From contig JBBISH010000076.1 in the NCBI GenBank assembly GCA_037441385.1, forward strand, positions 1 through 32,666: a stretch of 32,666 nt of DNA. The letters run 5' to 3'. A model generated the notes under the pieces. The model was not told the origin of the DNA and did not search any database. It worked only from the letters and a program-made list of their open reading frames with translations. The position numbers and the translations under genes were made by a program. Shown one piece after another: positions 27,029-32,666 of this stretch. This stretch comes from Myxococcales bacterium. GTDB lineage: Bacteria > Myxococcota_A > UBA9042. Within the stretch, counting starts at the first letter, position 1. Each line of letters starts with the position of its first letter.

Positions 27029-27913
27029 ATGGACCGACGCGATACGAACGAGCGGCGCTGGGCTGCGGCACTTTGGCCCCGCACCCTTGCGAAACGTTGG
27101 ACGAACTGGCTGTCGGCGGCGGTGGTGGCCGCGGTCGTGCTGCCGTCGTTGGCTGTGGCGGCCCCGCTCGACGTGCATTTCGACAAGTTCTACGACGTCA
27201 GCTCGACCTCGACGGCTCGAGCGCAAAATGACCAGATCAAGCTGCTGATGCGCGAAATTGGCTTGGCGATCGGTCCGCGTTCGTCGGGCCCGGTGTACTC
27301 GCAGGGCGCGCTGGGCATGGACGCCGCGGTCGAGATGTCGACCTCGGGCGCCAAGGCGGACAACGACTACTGGAAAAAGGCAGTTGATTCGCCGCAGTCG
27401 TCGCTGTCGAGCTGGGTCATTCGCGCGCGCAAGGGCATGCCGCAGTCGGTGCAACTCGGCGCGAGCCTGACGCACCTGCAGGACTCGAACCTGTATGCCG
27501 CGGGCGTCGACTTCCAGGCGTCGCTGATCGATGGGTTCCGCTACGTGCCCGACTTTGGCGTGCGCGGCTCGGTCAGCGGCGTGGTGGGCAACAGCACGAT
27601 GGACTTCTTGAACGGCGCGGTCGACGTCGTGGTCAGCAAGAATTTCGGCATCATGGGCGTGCTGTCGCTGCAGCCGTGGCTGGCTTGGTCGCCGGGCTTC
27701 ATGTACGTCAAGCCCAACCTGGAGCCGATCCTGCCCAACGACAAGTCGCTGAAGATGGTGCTGCCCAAGTTCGAGAACGTGACGGCCTTTACCCAGCGCG
27801 CGTCCATCGGTATGCGGGTGGTGTCGTACCGTGTACAGGTCGGCGTGGAGCTGATTCGGTCGTTCACCGACGACTTGAACCTGATTACCGGCAAGATCGG
27901 CGCCGTGTTCTAA
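27029..27913 (+). CDS. Probable outer-membrane beta-barrel protein
   Basis: Signal peptide ending SLAVA|A, alternating amphipathic strands (RARKGMP, PDFGVRGS, DVVVSKNFG), C-terminal Phe (KIGAVF). Confidence 0.65.
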   Translation: MDRRDTNERRWAAALWPRTLAKRWTNWLSAAVVAAVVLPSLAVAAPLDVHFDKFYDVSSTSTARAQNDQIKLLMREIGLAIGPRSSGPVYSQGALGMDAAVEMSTSGAKADNDYWKKAVDSPQSSLSSWVIRARKGMPQSVQLGASLTHLQDSNLYAAGVDFQASLIDGFRYVPDFGVRGSVSGVVGNSTMDFLNGAVDVVVSKNFGIMGVLSLQPWLAWSPGFMYVKPNLEPILPNDKSLKMVLPKFENVTAFTQRASIGMRVVSYRVQVGVELIRSFTDDLNLITGKIGAVF

Positions 27914-28063
27914 AACCGGCAGCAAGTCCGCTCCGCCGTTGCGCCCCGCCTCTGCGCGTTGCCACAGGTCCTGCGGGACTCCCCTGCACGTTCGGCGCGC
28001 GACTTGGGCAGGATCCGGACCTGGATGCCGCCAACGGGCCCGCCGGGTCCAGAGAATTGCAGC

Positions 28064-29062
28064 ATGGTCTCAGCAGTTTCTTCGCCAGGCGCAGCTGATC
28101 GGGCCGCCGCGGCCGTGCTGGCCGGCGATGTGCGCGCCGCCGCCCGCCTGATGCGGCTCTTGGACGATCGCGACCCGAGCGCCACCGAGGTCCTGCGCAA
28201 GCTGTACCCGCACACCGGCCGCGCGCGGGTGTTGGGGATCACGGGCAATCCGGGCTCGGGCAAGTCGACGCTGACCTCGCGGCTCATTGGCAAGTACCGC
28301 GCCCAGGGCAAGAAAGTGGGCGTTTTGGCGGTGGATCCCTCTAGCCCCTTCTCGGGCGGCGCCATCCTGGGCGACCGCATCCGCATGATGGAGCACGCGG
28401 CCGACCCCGGCGTGTTCATTCGATCGCTGGCGACGCGCGGCGCGTTGGGCGGTCTGTCGCGCTCGACCGGCGACTCGGTGCACGTGCTGGACGCGATGGG
28501 TTGCGACGTCGTGATCATCGAGACGGTGGGGGTGGGCCAGGACGAGATCGACATCGTCCGCACCGCCGAGACAACCGTGGTGGTGCTGGTGCCCGGTCTG
28601 GGCGACGACATCCAGGCCATCAAGGCGGGCATCCTTGAAATTGCCGATATTTTCGTGGTGAACAAGGCCGACATCGACGGCGCCGAGCGGACCGTGGCCG
28701 ATTTGCGCGGCCTGCAGATGCTGCTGAGCGAGATGCCGGACTGGCTGCCGCCGATCGTACGCACGGTGGCGGCGCGGGGCGACGGACTTGACGCCCTGGT
28801 AGCGGAGATCGACAAGCATACTGAACACTTGCGAGGCAGCGACCACGCCGACATGCGGCGGCGCGGGCGGGCGAGGTTCGTGGTGTCGTCGCTGCTGCGC
28901 GAGTCGGTGGGGCGCCATGCCGACCGCTGGCTGGGCCGCGATCCCGAGGGACAGGCGTTGGTGCGCCAGGTGGCGAGTCGGCAGGTCGACCCCTATAGTG
29001 CGGCGGAAATCGCGTTGCGCACCGCGATCGACAGCGGCGCCCTGCTGAAGGCTTTGGGGTGA
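28064..29062 (+). CDS. meaB: MeaB/ArgK (MMAA) family GTPase
   Basis: GITGNPGSGKSTL, AVDPSSPFSGGAILGDRIRM, FIRSLATRGALGGLS, IETVGVGQDE, QAIKAGILE, VNKAD. Confidence 0.95.
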   Translation: MVSAVSSPGAADRAAAAVLAGDVRAAARLMRLLDDRDPSATEVLRKLYPHTGRARVLGITGNPGSGKSTLTSRLIGKYRAQGKKVGVLAVDPSSPFSGGAILGDRIRMMEHAADPGVFIRSLATRGALGGLSRSTGDSVHVLDAMGCDVVIIETVGVGQDEIDIVRTAETTVVVLVPGLGDDIQAIKAGILEIADIFVVNKADIDGAERTVADLRGLQMLLSEMPDWLPPIVRTVAARGDGLDALVAEIDKHTEHLRGSDHADMRRRGRARFVVSSLLRESVGRHADRWLGRDPEGQALVRQVASRQVDPYSAAEIALRTAIDSGALLKALG

Positions 29063-29063
29063 C

Positions 29064-31763
29064 ATGGCGAAGAAAGCCCGAACTCAGCCCGACAAAGCGC
29101 CGGCCGACCGGCAGCAAGCGGACGCACCGGTCGCGGAGCCCGCAGCACCAGTCAGTGCTCCGACGGTCGAGTCGGCGGTGGCCACTGCGGAAACCCCGGA
29201 TTGGCCGGTGGGACTGCGTGCGGCCCCGTTGGCGGGCGCGGCCCTGCTAGCCGTGGCGGCGGCGACGGTGGCGAACAGCGCGCAACCCAGCGTCGTTCAA
29301 GGCGCATTGCTGCTGGCGCTGTTGGCGCTGGCGGCGGCGGTGGTCCAGTGGTTGCGGCCCAGTCCGGCGGCGGGCGTGGCGACGGCATTGGCCGGGTTGG
29401 TGTCGGGGAGCTGGCTGATGGCCGGCGGTCCTGCGGCGGTGGCCCTGGGCGAGCCGTTGCGGCCCTCTTTGGCCGGGCTTTCGGCGCCGATGCTGACGGG
29501 GGTGGCGGCGGCGGCGCTGATTTGCCTGGGCGCGATCGGCTCTAGGAAGCTGCGGGCCGTTGCCGGTCTGGCGCTGCTGGGACCGATCTTGTTTGCGTGG
29601 ATGCCACAAGGCTTTTCTGGCAAGACGCCGCTGCCGGTGCTGGCGGCAGTCAGCGGTGTGGAAGTGGCGGCCACGGCCCAACAATCCGCCGTGTTGACTC
29701 CGCTGCCGGGCGGAACGTGGTTGCTGCTGTTGGGTCTGCTGGCGCCACTGCTGCTGGGCGCCCTGCTCACCCGGCGGCTCGAGGGGCGCTTGCCGTGGGC
29801 CGGCGCGGGGTTGCTGCTGGTGCCAGTGCTGGGTTGGGCGCTGCAGGCGGGCCCGTGGTGGCTGCTGCCGGTGCTGGCGCTGCCCCTGGTGGCGGTGGCC
29901 GCGCTGTTGCCGCTGCGGCGCGACGACGATGCCGAGGCCGATGCCGCGTGGGGGCGCGCCTGGGAGTGGGGCTTGGTGGCCCTGCTGGTGGCCGCCTACG
30001 CGGTGCTGAAGACGAACGCGCTGCGGTATTCGACCACCGACGAGGCGCTGTATTTCTACGCGGCAAAGCTATGGAGCGAAGGCACGGTGCCGTACCGCGA
30101 CTTCTTCTTCTCGCACCCGCCGCTGCACCTGGCGGTCCCGGCACTGCTGTACAAGGCGTTTGGCTACCACTACCTGATCGGTAAGTTGCTTTCGGCCGGG
30201 GCCGCGCTGCTTGCGGCGCTGTTCTCGTGGCGCCTGGCTCGGCGGTGGCTGGGGCCGCTCGGCGGAGTGGTCGCGCTGGCGCTGAACTTGCTGGCTTGCG
30301 AGGTGTTGCAGGCGTCGACCAACCTCACCGGCATCAACTTGACCGCGGCTTGGCTGTTGGCGGGCCTGTGGGCGGCGCTGGGCAGCGGTCGCTTCCTGCT
30401 GGGCGGCATGTTGATTGGCGCGGCGGCCTCGACCGGATTTTATGCGGTGGGGGGTGCGCTGGCGGTGGCCGTGCTGGCGGCGGGGATGCCGCGGACGGCG
30501 CGCTTGGGCCAATCGTGGTGGCAGCACCCGGCCGTCAAGACTTTGCTGGGCTTTGTCGCGGTATGGGGCAGCATCAACCTGGTTTTCTCGAATTGGGGCG
30601 GGCCGGGCTACAGCTTGGGTGTATACGCCTACCACTTTGCCAAGAAGGCGAAGGTAGAGGGCTTTACTCCGCTTGGCGAAAGCCCCTTTGCCGTGCTGAG
30701 CAACTTTGCGACGATGCTGGGCGCTCGCGATTTCTTGATCGACCTGTACTACCACGCCGCGCATTGGTGGTGGGCGTTGGGCCTGCCGTTGGCGGCGGGG
30801 CTGCGCGCCAAGGTCGAGGGCCGGGGGCTGGGCGACGTGCTGGACCCGCGGCGCTGGTGGGTGGTGCCGCAGAGTCGTCCGCTGCTGATGTGGGCGGCGG
30901 CGTGCGCGTTGCTGATCGAGTTCGGCAGCTTCAAAGAGCGCTACGACTTCTACTTCGCGCTGCTGCTGCCCGCGGTGAGTCTGGCCGCGGCGGGCTTCGT
31001 GGTCGACAGCGCTCACGTGGTCTGGGCGCTCTTCAGCGGTCGCCGCTTGGCTGCCCCAGGGTTCGCCGCGATCGCGGCGGGCGTGCTGGTGCTGTGGGGC
31101 GCGGCGTGGATGAACGTGGCGATGGCCGCGAACCGGAGCGCCTACCCGACCGAGTTCGGCGGCGCCAAGATGGACGGCAAGGGCCCAGGCGAGCGCCTGG
31201 AATTCGAGTGGCTGGACGCACCCGGACCGGCATGGGTGAGCAGCTATACCAAGGCTCTGTTCTGGCAGGGTTATCGCATCCGCGGCTCGGTCGAGAGCGG
31301 CGTACACCATTACTTGTGGGGCAAGAAGCGCTGGTTCAGCAAGGCCGAAGAGATGGCGGCGTGGATTCGCGACCACAGCCAAGAGGGCGACACGATCAGC
31401 GGGGCGAGCGACTATGCCCCCCTGCTGGCGCTGTTGTCGGGGCGGCGGATGGCCGGGAACCACGTGGATACGAACAGCAAGGTGTTCAATACGGGCACGG
31501 TGGCGGTCGAGAAGTTCTGGAGCGAGGCGTGCCGCGACAAGCTGAAGTTCCTGGTGATCGCGCCGCAGAGCTACTTTGCCCCGGCGGATCTGGCCAAGCG
31601 GGCGACGGTAGGAGCGTACTTCAGGCAAGACAAGGTGTTTTCGGACCCGGCCCTGAAGCACTGGCGCAATTTGGACATGGAGCTGTGGGTGCGCAAAAGC
31701 GACGAACCTTGTCGCTTTACGGCAGCGGCGGCGAACGCGGCTCCGGCGACGAACGACCAGTAG
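29064..31763 (+). CDS. Polytopic GT-C-fold glycosyltransferase (ArnT/PMT-like) with extra N-terminal membrane region
   Basis: TTDEALYFYAAKLWSEGTVPYRDFFFSHPPL first-loop motif, many TM helices, soluble C-terminal domain. Confidence 0.75.
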   Translation: MAKKARTQPDKAPADRQQADAPVAEPAAPVSAPTVESAVATAETPDWPVGLRAAPLAGAALLAVAAATVANSAQPSVVQGALLLALLALAAAVVQWLRPSPAAGVATALAGLVSGSWLMAGGPAAVALGEPLRPSLAGLSAPMLTGVAAAALICLGAIGSRKLRAVAGLALLGPILFAWMPQGFSGKTPLPVLAAVSGVEVAATAQQSAVLTPLPGGTWLLLLGLLAPLLLGALLTRRLEGRLPWAGAGLLLVPVLGWALQAGPWWLLPVLALPLVAVAALLPLRRDDDAEADAAWGRAWEWGLVALLVAAYAVLKTNALRYSTTDEALYFYAAKLWSEGTVPYRDFFFSHPPLHLAVPALLYKAFGYHYLIGKLLSAGAALLAALFSWRLARRWLGPLGGVVALALNLLACEVLQASTNLTGINLTAAWLLAGLWAALGSGRFLLGGMLIGAAASTGFYAVGGALAVAVLAAGMPRTARLGQSWWQHPAVKTLLGFVAVWGSINLVFSNWGGPGYSLGVYAYHFAKKAKVEGFTPLGESPFAVLSNFATMLGARDFLIDLYYHAAHWWWALGLPLAAGLRAKVEGRGLGDVLDPRRWWVVPQSRPLLMWAAACALLIEFGSFKERYDFYFALLLPAVSLAAAGFVVDSAHVVWALFSGRRLAAPGFAAIAAGVLVLWGAAWMNVAMAANRSAYPTEFGGAKMDGKGPGERLEFEWLDAPGPAWVSSYTKALFWQGYRIRGSVESGVHHYLWGKKRWFSKAEEMAAWIRDHSQEGDTISGASDYAPLLALLSGRRMAGNHVDTNSKVFNTGTVAVEKFWSEACRDKLKFLVIAPQSYFAPADLAKRATVGAYFRQDKVFSDPALKHWRNLDMELWVRKSDEPCRFTAAAANAAPATNDQ

Positions 31764-31780
31764 CTGCGCGGGCGGCTGAC

Positions 31781-32449
31781 TCAGCCCGCTGCGGCTTTGC
31801 GCAGGCGCTCGACGACGAATTCGATGGCGACCTGGTTGTTGCCGCCTTCGGGGATGATGACGTCGGCGTAGCGGCGCGACGGTTCAACGAACGCTTCGTG
31901 CATGGGCCGCACGGTCTTGACGTACTGGCGGCGGATGTCGTCAAAGGTGCGGCCGCGGCGCTCCATGTCGCGGCGGATGCGCCGCAGCAGGCGGATGTCG
32001 GCGGGCGTGTCGACGAAGATCTTGACGTCGAAGCGGTCGCGGAGCAGCGGTTCGGCAAAGATCAGGATGCCCTCGACCACGATGACGCGAGTGGGCGCAA
32101 GGGTGGTGGTCTGCGGCGTGCGGCGGTGGTTGACGAAGTCGTAGTTGGGGCGCTCGACGCGCTCGCCGCGGCACAGGGCGTCGATGTGGGCAGCGAGGAG
32201 CTCGTTTTCTAGGCTGTCCGGGTGATCGTAGTTGAGCTGGGTGCGGAGATCGGGGTCCAAGTCCGAGCGATCGCGGTAGTAGTGATCGTGCTCGATGAGG
32301 GTGACGGAGCCGCCGCCTAGCTCGGAGACGACGGTGCGGGCAATGGTGGTCTTGCCGGCGCCGGTGCCCCCGGCGATGCCGATGACCAGGGGTTTCTTGC
32401 TGGTCGGGTCGAGGCCGGCCGGGAGCGGATTGTCGGTACCTTGCGCCAT
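31781..32449 (-). CDS. udk: Uridine kinase
   Basis: VIGIAGGTGAGKTT, DHYY, NYDHPDS, YDFVNHRR, VEGIL, RRIRRD..RGR, VRPMHEAFVEPS, ADVIIPEGG. Confidence 0.96.
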   Translation of the reverse strand: MAQGTDNPLPAGLDPTSKKPLVIGIAGGTGAGKTTIARTVVSELGGGSVTLIEHDHYYRDRSDLDPDLRTQLNYDHPDSLENELLAAHIDALCRGERVERPNYDFVNHRRTPQTTTLAPTRVIVVEGILIFAEPLLRDRFDVKIFVDTPADIRLLRRIRRDMERRGRTFDDIRRQYVKTVRPMHEAFVEPSRRYADVIIPEGGNNQVAIEFVVERLRKAAAG

Positions 32450-32666
32450 TAGAACCTGCCCAGGGGCGACCCGTGCGGTGCGCCCCGTGTACCGCCGCAG
32501 CGGCGCCGGCACTTTAGCGGAGTCAGGGCGCAGAGACAATCGGGGCGCGGGGTGGAGGGTGAGGATCCCAAAACCGGGACCAACGCGCGGTAGGACGACA
32601 ACTTGCGAAAACAAAGAAAGGGGGTACCTCTCGTTGTGCTAACCCCGCCCGCGGACGTCGCGGGCA

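Noticed and set aside
32450..32666. Possible RNA gene or promoter at the right edge
   Set aside because: It is an A-rich patch with TTGCGA and TGTGCTAAC words but no correctly spaced promoter or recognisable RNA. Context is truncated by the window end.

Overview
A GC-rich, gene-dense chromosomal window. The gene families (Cys-rich lipoproteins, TPR/PEGA-type proteins, tandem ArsA pair, multiple ExbBD sets) suggest a Myxococcota/deltaproteobacterial host, which is an inference. About 28 real CDSs can be separated from many antisense shadow ORFs. Housekeeping genes are rel, prfA with DUF1385, udk, a DHH/NrnA phosphoesterase and a MeaB GTPase. Accessory genes are a Cys-rich beta-propeller lipoprotein, a class I glutamine amidotransferase, a small wHTH, a type IV pilin, two ExbB/ExbD motor sets, a tandem ArsA/Get3-like pair, a KamA-family radical SAM enzyme and a GT-C glycosyltransferase. 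Three observations stand out. (1) An apparent operon exbB-exbD-cyclase-TPR-PP2C/cNMP has a class III cyclase with guanylyl-cyclase-type specificity residues (Glu in ETIGDA, Gly at the Asp/Cys site), making it a candidate bacterial cGMP-to-phosphatase module. (2) Two ~80%-identical, ~140-bp structured non-coding direct repeats bracket the amidotransferase gene and show a compensatory base-pair change. (3) Several TAG/CTAG-bounded palindromic mini-elements sit on or near amber stop codons and are stacked in the PP2C-rel intergenic region. I recognised no rRNA, tRNA, CRISPR array, transposase or integrase. All calls come from reading motifs by eye; no database searches were run.
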